This document shows positions 38,292 to 50,419 of a stretch of 64,000 nt of DNA, piece after piece; position 1 is the first letter of the stretch, and every line of letters begins with the position of its first letter. Where the stretch lies: the NCBI RefSeq assembly GCF_006345805.1, contig NC_042997.1:194060001-194124000 (forward strand). Reading direction: 5' to 3'. The translations under genes were made by a program, and so were the position numbers. Under the pieces are notes generated by a model that searched no databases, was not told where the DNA came from, and saw only the letters and a list, made by a program, of their open reading frames with translations. Origin of the DNA: Octopus sinensis (taxonomy: Eukaryota).

Positions 38292-38696
38292 TTTACTCTT
38301 TTATTTGTTTCAGTCATTTGACTATGGCCATGCTGGAGCATCGCCTTTAGTCGAGCAAATCGACCCCAGGACTTATTCTTTGTAAGCCTAGTACTTATTC
38401 TATCGGTCCCCTTTGCCGAACTGCTAGGTTACGGGGACGTAAACACACCAGCATCGGTTGTCAAGCGATGTTGGGGGGACAAACACAGACACACATATAC
38501 ACACACACAAACATATACACACATACATATATACGACGGGGTTCTTTCAGTTTCCGTCTACCAAATCCACTCACAAGGCATTGGTTGGCCCGAGGCTATA
38601 ATAGAAGACACTTGACCAAAGTTCCACGCAGTGGGACTGAACACGGAACCTTGTGGTTGATAAGCAAGCTACTTACCACACAGCCACTCCTACGCC
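38292..38696 (-). mobile_element. SINE B, full length
   Basis: All three modules present. Confidence 0.93.
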
Positions 38697-38994
38697 TTAC
38701 AATGCTTATTCAGTGTAATTTGCTTACAGTGCTTATTCATTGTAATTAATCCTGCTAAATCAGTGATCGGGTTAGTAAGAAAATTTTATTTTAGGAAGCT
38801 ACTAATTTCATCAACAGCAACACAAATATAAATAGGTTTTGCAAAGTGTAGTTATTCTTTGGTTTTGAAATATTGGCAACAAATAAAACTTTAGCACCAG
38901 CAAATTTAACATTCTTGATTTTTACCAATCCGTTTTCACGTCCTCCAAAATGTAACCTCTTAGATTTTTCTAAACCAATGTCATAAAATATCAA

Positions 38995-39366
38995 TATTCT
39001 TTTCTACTCTAGGCACAAGGCTCGAAATTTTGGAGGAGGGAACCAGTCGGTTAGATCGACCCCAATACGCAATTGGTACTTAATTTATCGACCCCGAAAC
39101 GATGAAAGGCAAAGTCGACCTCGGCGGATTTTGAACTCAGAACGTAAAGACAGACGAAATACTGCTAAACATTTCGCCTGGCGTGCTAACGTTTCTTATT
39201 TCTTTATTGCCCACAAGGGGCTAAACATAGAGGGTACAAACAAGGACAGACAAACGGATTAAGTCGATTACATCGACCCCAGTGCGTAACTGGTACTTAA
39301 TTTATCGACCCCGAAAAGATGAAAGGCAAAGTCGACCTCGGCGGAATTTGAACTCAGAACGTAACA
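38995..39366 (-). mobile_element. Composite of two SINE A copies with different tails
   Basis: A Tx1-tailed truncated copy joins the box A region of an alternative-tail copy (aaagaaata|agaaacgttagc). Confidence 0.85.
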
Positions 39367-39395
39367 TATATTTATGTGCGTATGTGTGTATATAA

Positions 39396-39430
<35 letters not shown>

Positions 39431-40031
39431 CATACGCAAACTTAGGTATGCATCTATACAAGCACTTACGCGCGCACACTCAGCCAATATTTTCCATCGT
39501 GGAAGGGTTATTGTAGCCATTTAAAACTCATCATACAAACTTCTATAATCACATTTTGTTTATTTATTAATAGTAATAGCTACAATCAATGTAATCTCTC
39601 GGTAGATTAGCTGTTCTCTTTTATGCCAAGAAAGAGGATCTTCCTGGCAGTTATCCTTTTCTTCTTTCTTTCCTTTTTCTTTTATTATTTGTTTCATTAC
39701 CGGGTGCAGTAAAAACATATTAATATGATTAAATTCTCTTTCGTTTAATTTCTTAACGAAAGAGTCGTTAACATTTGCGTGTAGTTATTTCAGTTTCGTC
39801 GGACATCGTCGGGCATAGAGCAGCGAGGGTCTATTACACTAAATTTAGTTGCTATAAATTTTGCAGAAGAAGGAAATATCAATAAGATGCGTTGCACTTT
39901 TAAAGATCACTGACATATTCTACTGCATCTGTTGAAAATCAGCTACTGCTGAAATTTTATTGGCCTTTGAAATATTTTCCCTTATTTCGTTTTTGTATTT
40001 GGTTCCTGTAACGAACCTCCCAAAAATCCAA

Positions 40032-40470
40032 CAAATTTTGCTGTGTTTTGGGAGGGTCATTACGCCCATAATAATAAACACACGCTCTGGTTCAATATCA
40101 CTTCTTTATTGTTAGTAAATCAATTAAATATCTAACTAACGAACGAATCGATCATTTATTTCATGTGTCGGTTAAAGAATCAATCAGTCTGTTTGTCAAA
40201 GTCACTTCGTCGTTATTCGCGAGCTGATCACTCACATCTCCTGCGCAAACCTTGATGAGAGAGTGAGCTTGTCAAGAATGAGGTTGCGTTAGCGAGGAAA
40301 GGACTGACAAGCTACCGATTGATTGTTTAACCAGCACATTGAACAAATGGTCGATTAATTAGTTGCTTACATATTTCACTGATTGACTAATAATGAAGAA
40401 GTGATATTGAATCAGTGCGTGTATTTATTAGTATTGGCATAATGACCCTCCCAAGATACAACATATTTTC
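40032..40470. mobile_element. ~440-bp imperfect palindrome (fold-back/MITE)
   Basis: ttgggagggtcatt...tcaatatcacttct / agaagtgatattga...aatgaccctcccaa, with complementarity continuing inward. Confidence 0.85.
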
Positions 40471-40715
40471 TTTGTTCTCTTATTTTCTCTTGTTTCGTTT
40501 TTGATTTTGTTTCTTCGATTTTATTAGCTGCATTAATCTTTACGCATATTTTATTTATAAGTAATTCTTTTGCAGTTAGTGTCCGTCAGAATATAAATTA
40601 AATTCACTTATATTCAGACAGACACTAACTGCAAAAGAATATAAGTGAATTTAATTTATATTCTATTGTCATTGCTTTGAACTTAGGGCGTGTCCGTCTT
40701 TAGACTATTACTTCT

Positions 40716-40942
40716 GCGAGCTGGCAGAAACGTTAGCTCGCCGGGCGAAATGCGTAGCCGTATTTCGTCTGCCGTTACGTTCTGAGTTCAAATTCCGCCG
40801 AGGTCGACTTTGCCTTTCATCCTTTCGGGGTCGATAAATTAAGTACCAGTTACGCACTGGGGTCGATATAATCGACTTAATCCGTTTGTCTGTCCTTGTT
40901 TATCCCCTCTGTGTTTAGCCCCTTGTGGGTAGTAAAGAAATA
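40716..40942 (+). mobile_element. SINE A with Tx1-like tail
   Basis: TSD ta(t/c)tacttctgc. Confidence 0.93.
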
Positions 40943-41193
40943 TACTACTTCTGCTATTAAGGGTAACCCAACACAGTCCCACATCCCAATGAATGCTGGG
41001 TTTATTGCACGAAACCAACCCGGCCTTGATCAGATACTAGCAATATTAGAGCCACAAATTACATGATATTGGTTCCAACCCTAAAACCACAATTAAAAAA
41101 ATAACATTTAAGATCAATAATATACTTTTTAAATGGGTGAAAGGAGGTTGTGTTTGGATTGCAGTTGCTGGCCATGCTGGTGCACCGCTGTTG

Positions 41194-41244
41194 AAAAAAT
41201 ATGGAACGCTTCACGAATTTGCGTGTTATCCTTGTGCAGGGGCC

Positions 41245-41277
<33 letters not shown>

Positions 41278-41298
41278 AATACGTACCACCGTAGCTAG
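41194..41298 (-). ncRNA. RNU6: U6 snRNA copy, probably a pseudogene
   Basis: ctaaaattggaacgatacagagaagattagcatggcccctgcacaaggataacacgcaaattcgtgaagcgttccatatttttt; ACAGAGA and AGC are intact, but the 5' stem and ISL carry substitutions. Confidence 0.95.
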
Positions 41299-41707
41299 AA
41301 AAAAAGTTACAAATAAATTATTTGTATTTTATAGATACCGATAAATCACTTCCATATCATATCGATCGTTAACGATTATCATTTTCTTTCCAGTCCCTTC
41401 GTTTACTTCCTAGTCAGCCATTTTCAGTCCTGCTTGAATATTTCAGAAATTTCATCTCTTCCTTCCTTTTTTTTAAAATTACGACGGCGAAAGCAGGATT
41501 GACCCCTGTGTTTTCTTTTGTTTGTTTGTTTTTGTTTTGTTTTTTTTTTCCTTTGATGCGCCGAGAAGACGGGAAGTCGAAAAGCCCTCCCGCCAATTTA
41601 CTAAGCTTTTTAACCGGATCATCATAATCATCGCCGTCGTTGTTGTCCTCGTCGACATCGTCATCATCATCAGCAGCAGCAGCAGCATCATCATCATCAC
41701 TATCTAT

Positions 41708-41932
41708 TACTTTACTACCCACAAGGGGCTAAACACAGAGAGGACAAACGAGGACAGGCAAACGGATTAAGTCGATTACATCGACCCTAGTGCGTAACTG
41801 GTACTTAATTTATCGACACCGAAAGGATGAAAGGCAAAGTCGACCACGGTGGAATTTGAACTCAGAATGTAACGGCAGACGAAATACGGCTACGCATTTC
41901 GCCCGGCGTGGTAACCTTTCTGCCAGCCCGCC
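41708..41932 (-). mobile_element. SINE A
   Basis: Full head, body and tail. Confidence 0.9.
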
Positions 41933-41960
41933 GTCATCATCATCAACATCATCATCATCG

Positions 41961-41991
<31 letters not shown>

Positions 41992-43020
41992 CATCATCAT
42001 CATCATCATCATCATCATCACCACTATCATCATCATCGTTGCAATGTCAAGAGAGTTGGGTATGAGGACAGGAAAAATGTCTCAACCAGACTTAGCTTCG
42101 TGCAAACGCGGTTTGACTTTACTACAGACAGTGTGTAATTTTATACACTATCTATTTAAAACATGTAACTGAGTTCTTCATGTTGATTTTGCAACACATG
42201 CATTTCATATTTCAGTTACCATTTCACTAAATAACAACAACAACAACAACAACAATCCAATTGCATGACAGGAAATCTTCATTGAACTCAACTCGGGTAT
42301 GTCCCCAATAACTTGGGTATGTCCCGTTTTACCGATATTTCCTTCATGTTTATTCAATTTTTCCTTCCTACTGACGCTTCAGTTTCCTTCCCCAAAGATG
42401 GTCCAACAGGATGTGGTTTATCACATTAATTGCCAAATTAAAAGTGTCAGATTTCTAGGGGATGAGGGAAGGAAATGCGGTTGGTGGCGATTATTATATC
42501 TTATACAATCGCACAACGTTGCTGATGTGAAATAGCGACAACAACCGGAAAACGAAACTCGATTAGCGAATTAAGTTCGTTGTATGTCAGTCGGCTTGGT
42601 CGCAGTGCAGTTCGTTGTCCATCACACATTCATATCAATACATAATAATAATATGGATAAAATTTAATCGTTAGCTGTCCCTTAATGAATATATAAACTT
42701 TACATTAAGTATTGAGTGCGCTTGTTTTCGTTTGTAGCCAAAAACCGTGTGTATACACACACACACACACATAGATACACAACTAAAGGTCATAATAAAG
42801 GTGAAATGACATGCCAGACATCGAAATTAGTGCAAACATATCACATTTATGCAAAAGCATAGTATATATATATATATACACACGCGCACATACACATACA
42901 CACACACGTGTCTGTGTACGTGTATGTGTGTGAGTGTGTGTGTCTATGCATGTATGCGTGTATTGGAATGTGTGTATTTAAATACACACACGCACACACA
43001 TGTACTCACACACACATACT

Positions 43021-43408
43021 CTTTTTAACTATTTTACTTGTTTCAGTAATTTGACTGTGGCCATGGTGGAGCACCGCCTTTAGTCGAGCAAATCGACCCC
43101 AGGACTTATTCTTTGTAAGCCTAGTACTTATTCTACCGCTTAGACGTAAACACACTAGCATCGGTTGTCAAACGATGTTGGGCGGACAAACACAGACACA
43201 CAAACATATACACATACATACATACATACATATATATACATACATATACATATATACGACAGGCTTCTTTCTGTTTCCGTCTACCAAATCCTCTCACAAA
43301 GCTTTGGTCGGCCCGAGGCTATAGTAGAAGACACTTGCCCAAGGCGCCACGCAGTAGGACTGAACCCGGAACCATGTGGTTGGTAAGCAAGCTACTTACC
43401 ACACAGCC
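43021..43408 (-). mobile_element. SINE B
   Basis: All modules present, with one deletion. Confidence 0.9.
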
Positions 43409-43670
43409 TATATGTATATATTTACATATATACCACACGCCTATATGTATATATTTACATATATACCACACGCCTATATGTATATATTTACATATATACC
43501 ACACGCCTATATGTATATATTTACATTATTACCACACGCCTATAATATAATTTACATATATACCACACGCCTATATGTATATATTTACATATATACCACA
43601 CAGCCTATATGTATATATTTACATATATACCACACGCCTATATGTATATATTTACATATATACATATATA
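43406..43670. repeat. 33-bp minisatellite
   Basis: Unit cctatatgtatatatttacatatataccacacg, about 7 copies. Confidence 0.92.
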
Positions 43671-43869
43671 TGCATGAACGCGCGCGCACACACACACATA
43701 TACATACATACATACATACGTATGTATGTATACATACATATACATATACATATACATACATATACATATACATACATACATACATACATACATACATACA
43801 TACATACATACATACATACATACATACATACATACACACATACATAAACACATACACACACACACTCTC

Positions 43870-44085
43870 CTGTGTGACCCCTCTGTCCGGCATTCGCCAT
43901 GATAGATCGCTAGCCACTAAAACTTTTTCTATTTTCTCCCCCTGCTTATTTCTATCGAAGAGCGTAGGCTCGAAACGTAAAACACCTTTTCACTTCCCCA
44001 ACGTTAAACTAATACATCTGTTTTTTGTTTACACACCCGTCTTCGTCTTTTGTTGTTACTTTGTTTTTTGTTTTTTGTAAATTCT
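43870..44085 (+). mobile_element. Penelope-like solo terminal-repeat family copy
   Basis: ctatcgaagagcgtaggctcgaaacgtaaaa. Confidence 0.6.
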
Positions 44086-44094
44086 TACTATGTA

Positions 44095-44129
<35 letters not shown>

Positions 44130-44334
44130 ATGTATGTGTATGTATGTATGTATGTATGTATGTATGTATGGACACCATTAGACTCTCCCGTCGTTAGACG
44201 AGGTATAAGGATTCGGCAATTTCTTGCCGAACAACCACACAGACGATTTGTTTATAGTGACCAAATGCTTGTGTTCACGTAAGAGCACTCCCTCCATCAT
44301 ATCGACATTGCCTGTACAGGTACACCATGTGTCA

Positions 44335-45715
44335 TAAGTCAGATAACGAAAAGATCGCAGAGCACCGGAAGTGAGATAGCATCTCGCAATTGATGTTTAC
44401 ACCACTGTCCAGTCAATATCTCTCAGGGTCACTTCTAAACAAGCGGTAAAGATCTTCGGAGAGACGGTCTCCTCTTGTTAAACGCTCTTCCCAACTGGAA
44501 CTCTGACAGATATCAATAGGAGAGCTATATCTGTTGAGCATACTGAGCTCACTTCTTTGAGCAGTTTTATGTATTGCACCTCGACACCTTGCATTTTCAG
44601 AGATGTCAGTACTACGTTCGTTTCGTAGCCAACGAAAGCAATATCCAAAGATAACTTGTATTCATTCGCTCGTTCTATAACTTGTATTAGAGTGAATATG
44701 TCATCCATCGTACTGTAGATCTTACGGAAAACTGCTTGCAACCTCCGCTGCTCGTCTTCGAGCTGTTTCGATAGTCAGTGATCTGATGACTTTTGTAAAC
44801 AGTTATAGAGGTGAGACAAAAGGCATACGGGTCGATAGTCTCTTAAATCTTCTTTATCGCCCTTCATATAAAGCAAAATGTTAGTCGACTCCTTCCACAG
44901 TGAGGGTATTTTACCCACCTTCGGATAGCGATTGAAGCGTAGAACGAGGATTTTCCGGAGCACTTTTACGGAGATGTACTTGCATAGCAAGTGACCTGAT
45001 CGTATGCTGGAACGAAAACAATTGCAGCGTGGAAGGTGTTTATAAGCCATTTAAGAAACACACAAAATCCGTTAGATTCACTTCAACATTTGAATTTAAT
45101 TTGTCAAAATATTTTCGTCGCTTTGAGACCGCGACCTGTTCACTGTCGTTATGCTTTGTGCGCTTTCATCAATTTGAGAGCATTTTGAATTTCACTGATC
45201 AGAATAGTTGTTATTTCCTCCATCATTTGCAGCAGAGGAGAATCGAATTTCACTGATTATTCAAAAAAGCTGCTATAGAAGGTTTTGCAACCCTTCCCCA
45301 TCTTCACTTTGTTTGTCAACGTGATCCCATGCTTGTTCTCAAGCGCCGTCGCTCCTGCATCATTTTAGACTTTCTTCTGCAGCTTACATCAGCTTCTTCA
45401 GTCTGTGATTCTCGAAGTCATTTCCTAGATGTTGCCTGATCGCTTTGCAGAGAACGGAATGCTCAAGGTAATCTTTCGTGTTTCTTTTCATAGTTTTCCG
45501 TTTCTCTAGCATTTTCTTCGTCTCCTCCAAATTTATCCGTCAGACTCCCACTGGCTTGAAGTTCTCGCCTTCCACGGGCAGCTTTCAATTTTCTGGACCA
45601 GTGAATTGTAGTCCTTATCGAGCTCTTCAAGTTGACTTCAAACTTCTCTATTGACAGCATCCTGCATCTACGTCACATCGAAGGATTTGATGTGTCGATT
45701 CTTCATTGAGATGTG
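44335..45715 (-). pseudogene. Degraded RTE-clade LINE, RT region
   Basis: KIPSLWKES.NILL.KGDKEDL..YRPVCLLSH; QA.FR..YST.D.IFTL.Q.IERA.EYKL; TVSPKIFTACLE; interrupted by a 180-bp repeat. Confidence 0.85.
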
Positions 45716-45721
45716 AAGAGC

Positions 45722-46260
45722 CTGGTAAAAATTTCAATTCCTTGGATGACGTAAAAAGATAACTTGATGAATTCTTTGCCATAAAGCCACCCGTGGAAGC
45801 GCATGGCCTAGTGGTAAGAGCAGCGGACTCGCGGTCGAGGGATCGCGAGTTCGAATCTCAGACCGGGCGATGTGTGTGTTTATGAGCGAAACACCTAAGC
45901 TCCACGCGGCTCCAGCAGAAGATAATGGCGAACTTCTGCTGACTCTTTCGCCACAACTTTCTTTCATTCTTTCCTCCTGCATCTTGCAGCTCACCTGCGA
46001 TGGACTGGCGTCCCGTCCATGTGGGGAACCTATACGCTAAGGAAACCGGGAAACCGGCCCTTATGAGCCAGACGTGGCTCGAGAAGAAACATGAAACCAC
46101 CTCAATTCTGGGAAAAGGGTATTTTCAAGTTAAAGGAAAGATGGAGACGCATTGTGCAACAAAATGGTTCATATATGGTTGACAAAAAATGTAATGGCAA
46201 GTATTTATTGACCTTTTTCTTTCCTTTAAAAATCGGCACGAACTTTCCGGACAACCCAAT
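45722..46260 (+). pseudogene. Mariner 3' fragment split by a SINE
   Basis: GKNFNSLDDVK..DEFFAIKPP | QFWEKGIFKLKERWRRIVQQNGSY; TIR aaatcggcacgaactttccggacaacccaata. Confidence 0.88.
45792..46089 (+). mobile_element. SINE family C
   Basis: TSD catRaaRccacc. Confidence 0.92.
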
Positions 46261-47066
46261 ACTTCTAGATTGCTTCCTGAATAGATTGCTTCTTTATGTA
46301 AAGTCTTTTTACCTCTGTCCTGGTAACAAAACGTTCATCTCTTTCGTTTCTCTTCCCGATCCAAACTTTCCGAGATATTTCTCTCCGTGCTGTCCTTTTA
46401 ACTTTTACGTGGATATTTCCCCACACTACGATGAGATAATTGGCGCAACAACGTCTGATACTTTGGGCGATACAGTGATACAGTAATATTGAGAGAGAGT
46501 GTGTGTGTGCGTGTGTGTGTTTGTGTGTGTATGTGTGTGAGAGAGAGAGAGTGTGTGCGTACGTATATATGTGTGTGCGTGTGGCAATTACATGCTGAAA
46601 GAGACACTGCAGACATCTAAAAGCATAAATAACCTGTTGCAACAATAGAACGCCCATAAGAGATGTTATCTCGGGACAAATACCGCAGTAATTGGCCTAT
46701 CAACAGTGTGTACACATTAAGTGTGATACATAGCTGGATATCTTAATTTAATACAGCAACAACTGCACATACCGGATATATGTGTGTATCATAAATTATA
46801 TATATATATATATATGTATGTATGTGTACATGTGTGTGTACCTGTGTATGTACATGTCTGTGCATGTATGTATGAATGTATAAACAGAACAAAAACATTA
46901 AATAGATTAAGAACTCAATATATATAGTACAATGAAATTTGCACACGCACACATGCACTCACACATGCACACACACACATATGATATGTAGGTGTGTGTG
47001 TATGCGTGCATGTGTGTGTTGTGCATATACGTGTGTGTATGTGTGTGTATAAGCAGTAGGTAGGTA

Positions 47067-47114
<48 letters not shown>

Positions 47115-47139
47115 GTGTGTGTGAGTGTGTGTACATCAC

Positions 47140-47870
47140 TACGATGTATGTGGATTTCAGAGCCAGTGCTTTCTCTAGCTCTTGGTTGAATTCTTCCATT
47201 TCATTGTTTTCGCTAGTACTTGTAGGAGCCTAGATTTGGATGATCTTCTGGATGGCATTTCCAGAGAGACGAAAGTTTAGCACCCCTATGCGTGGAGAAA
47301 ACGACTGGCAGGAAACGATTTCCAAGGCCCATTCTTTGCTTTCGATGAACTCTGTATCATCTGTTGACCTCACACCAGCTTTTCCCAGTCTCCCGACGCT
47401 TCTATTATGACCGTCTCGCTTTTATTTCTCTCCTTGAACATGCTTCTCAGAGCCCTAGCACAATGCATTCGGTATCCTCTTTCTCTTCCAATACATGGGC
47501 CATTCCGGTTCTCCTTGCCAAAGACCTGCAGCTGTAGGTACATCTAGCAAGAATGTTACCCAATTCTTTTTCGGCTTACGACTGCCCAAGATTCTTAGCA
47601 GCCTCAGGTCGCTCGGATTTCGTCCGTCGTCATGGAGCGGTCCACTGGCCTGCAGGATACCAAGGCCCATTTCCTCGCATTGTTGTAGCTATGAAATGAA
47701 GCCATCCTGCTGTTTAGACAAACCCGCCATGACTACCCCTTCAGTTTAGCTAGTTTTCAGTCTCTATCGAATAGACCAGGACAGTCTTTCTGTAAGATTA
47801 GCAAACCAGCATTTTTGTAGCTTGGTTGGGCTTGCCACACCACACGTCCTGCTACCATAGCTGATAAACA
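47140..47870 (-). pseudogene. RTE-clade LINE 5' part (5' UTR + APE endonuclease)
   Basis: TYSCRSLA..LEE..C.VLGL.E; SPRIGVL; KIIQI*APTS; EKAL..KSTYIVVM. Confidence 0.82.
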
Positions 47871-48105
47871 ACCATTGCCATTGTTGTACTACTATGGAGT
47901 ACTGGAGTCGGGTTTTGCACATCCATAAGATATTGGAAAAGGCCACTTTGAAGAACTCCGCGGCGATGGGATGAAGGTTTAGTCTAGTGATTTGGGACCA
48001 GATAGAAAAAAGACGCACTCGAGAAAAGAATTTGGAGTGCAATGTGACCAGCGATGCATAACAACGTCTGAAAGTTTAAGCGATACAGTGATACAATGTG
48101 TGTAT

Positions 48106-48795
48106 TTGTGTGCGTGTGTGTGTGTGTGTGTGTGTATGTGTGTGTGTATTTCTGTGTTTTTGTGTGTGTGTGTTGTGTGTGTATGTGTGTGTGTATTTCT
48201 GTGTTTTTGTGTGTGTGTGTTGTGTGTGTATGTGTGTGTGTATTTCTGTGTTTTTGTGTGTGTGTGTTGTGTGTGTATGTGTGTGTGTATTTCTGTGTTT
48301 TTGTGTGTGTGTGTTGTGTGTGTATGTGTGAGTGTATTTCTGTGTTTTTGTGTGTGTGTGTTGTGTGTGTATGTGTGTGTGTATTTCTGTGTTTTTGTGT
48401 GTGTGTGTTGTGTGTGTATGTGTGTGTGTATTTCTGTGTTTTTGTGTGTGTGTGTTGTGTGTGTATGTGTGTGTGTATTTCTGTGTTTTTGTGTGTGTGT
48501 GTTGTGTGTGTATGTGTGTGTGTATTTCTGTGTTTTTGTGTGTGTGTGTTGTGTGTGTATGTGTGTGTGTTTTCTGTGTTTTTGTTGTGTGTGTTTGGTT
48601 GTGTATGTGTGTGTGTATTTCTGTGTTTTTTGTGTGTGGTGGTGTTGTGTATGTGTGTGTGTATTTCTGTGTTTTTGTGTGTGTGTGTTGTGTGTGTATG
48701 TGTGAGTGTATTTCTGTGTTTTTGTGTGTGTGTGTTGGTGTGTATGTGTGTGTGTATTTCTGTGTTTTTGTGTGTGTGTGTTGTGTGTGTGGCAA
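48106..48795. repeat. 47-bp TG-rich minisatellite
   Basis: atttctgtgttttt anchors recur at 47-bp spacing (c at 48152, 48199, 48246, 48293); about 14-15 units. Confidence 0.95.
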
Positions 48796-49012
48796 TTACA
48801 TCGTGAAAGAGACATTGCAGACAACTAAAAGCATAAACAGCCTGTTACAACAACAGTACGCCTATAAGCGATGTTATCTCAGGATTAATTCCGCAGTAAT
48901 TGGCCTATCAGCAGTGTATATACATTAAGTATGGTAAGTAGATAGTTATTTTAATTTAATACTGCAACAATTGCATATACCGGATATGCGTATTTGTGTG
49001 TGAATCATAAAT

Positions 49013-49043
<31 letters not shown>

Positions 49044-49386
49044 ATGTATGAGTGTGTGTGTATGTACATGAGTCTGCACATGAGCATGTGTATTTATGTT
49101 TATATCTGCATGTATGTATGTATGGATGGATGTATATTCAGAACAAACATTAAATAATGAACTCAATATACACACACGCACACACAAACACACACGCACA
49201 CACACATATATATATATTACCACATATATATACACAGTACAGTGAAATTTGAACACACACAGATGCACACACACACTCACACACACACAAACACACAAAC
49301 ACGCGCACACACATAATAAGTATATAAATGTATATGCGTGTGTATGTGTGTGTACAGTAGGCGGGTGCTTGGGTGTGTGTGTGTAC

Positions 49387-49417
<31 letters not shown>

Positions 49418-49430
49418 CACACATATATAC

Positions 49431-49474
<44 letters not shown>

Positions 49475-49478
49475 TGAC

Positions 49479-49531
<53 letters not shown>

Positions 49532-50078
49532 TAGATAGATAGATAGATAGATAGATATATTAAATAATGAAACTATATACTACGGACACCATATGAATGT
49601 GTGTGTGTGTGTGCGTGTGTGTGCGTATGTATGTGCGCGTGTGTGTTTATAATTGTGTGTTGTGTCTGCAAGGCAGAACAGTTGCCTCTACTTACTAAGG
49701 TATTCCTAATACACCAAACATCAGCGCCACCGCTGCCACCACGGCCGCCGCCACCCCCACCGCCAGAAACCCCACTTCTACCACAACGGCTGCCAACCCT
49801 CTACCACAGCTACAAAAACACCAGCAACGCTCTCCGCCGCTGCTGCTCTTACCACACCACCACCGCCACCACTGCCACTACTACTACTACTACTACCACT
49901 ACTGCTGCTGTTGCCTGTGCACCCTTCGGTCGTCCCAACTGCTGCCGCCGCCACCGTTGCTGCTGCTGCTGCTGCTGCTGTTGTGCTTACTACTGCTGGG
50001 TATTTTTTTTTTTGCCCTTGTTGCTCACAGTATTACACAGCTGAGAAGGAAGGAAGGCGAGCGTTTGATAAAAGAACT

Positions 50079-50314
50079 ATGATATCAGACGACGAGGCCT
50101 CGGCCACGTATGGGACAGGCCGTGATTGCCGTTGCTTTGGCCACGAAAGTACCGAAGGTGGCCATGTGGTTTCAGGTGGGGCCGGTGTGATGAGCGGCGA
50201 CAACGGTTCGCTGTCACCGTCACGCCGTGTGTACACTATTTTATTGTTATTACTGCTGTGGGGGTGTGTATACACAGTACACGCTGAGAATACCGGACAC
50301 CTTGCAAACACGCC
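50079..50314 (+). CDS. Candidate first coding exon of a secreted or membrane protein (alternative ATG at 50190)
   Basis: Open frame ...MSGDNGSLSPSRRVYTILLLLLLWGCVYTVHAENTGHLANT(P) followed by cc|GTGAGT donor at 50315; unique CpG-rich sequence; no homolog recognised. Confidence 0.45.
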
Positions 50315-50419
50315 GTGAGTACAGCTTTATTTATACACTTTTATATTTAAATGCACACACGCACGCAAAAGCATCATACATGTATGTGTGTACGTGTGTT
50401 TATATATGTATGTAGATGC

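Noticed and set aside
41194-41298. Functional U6 gene
   Set aside because: The 5' stem and ISL carry substitutions, and no upstream PSE/TATA arrangement could be recognised; a pseudogene is more likely but not proven.
43376-44080. 234-aa ORF with 11-aa repeats; CRISPR-like regularity
   Set aside because: It is a 33-bp tandem repeat without unique spacers, followed by microsatellite; no cas genes, and the context is eukaryotic.
47979-48928. Several 200-280 aa His/Thr- or Cys/Val-rich ORFs
   Set aside because: They are products of the 47-bp TG minisatellite, open in most frames on both strands.
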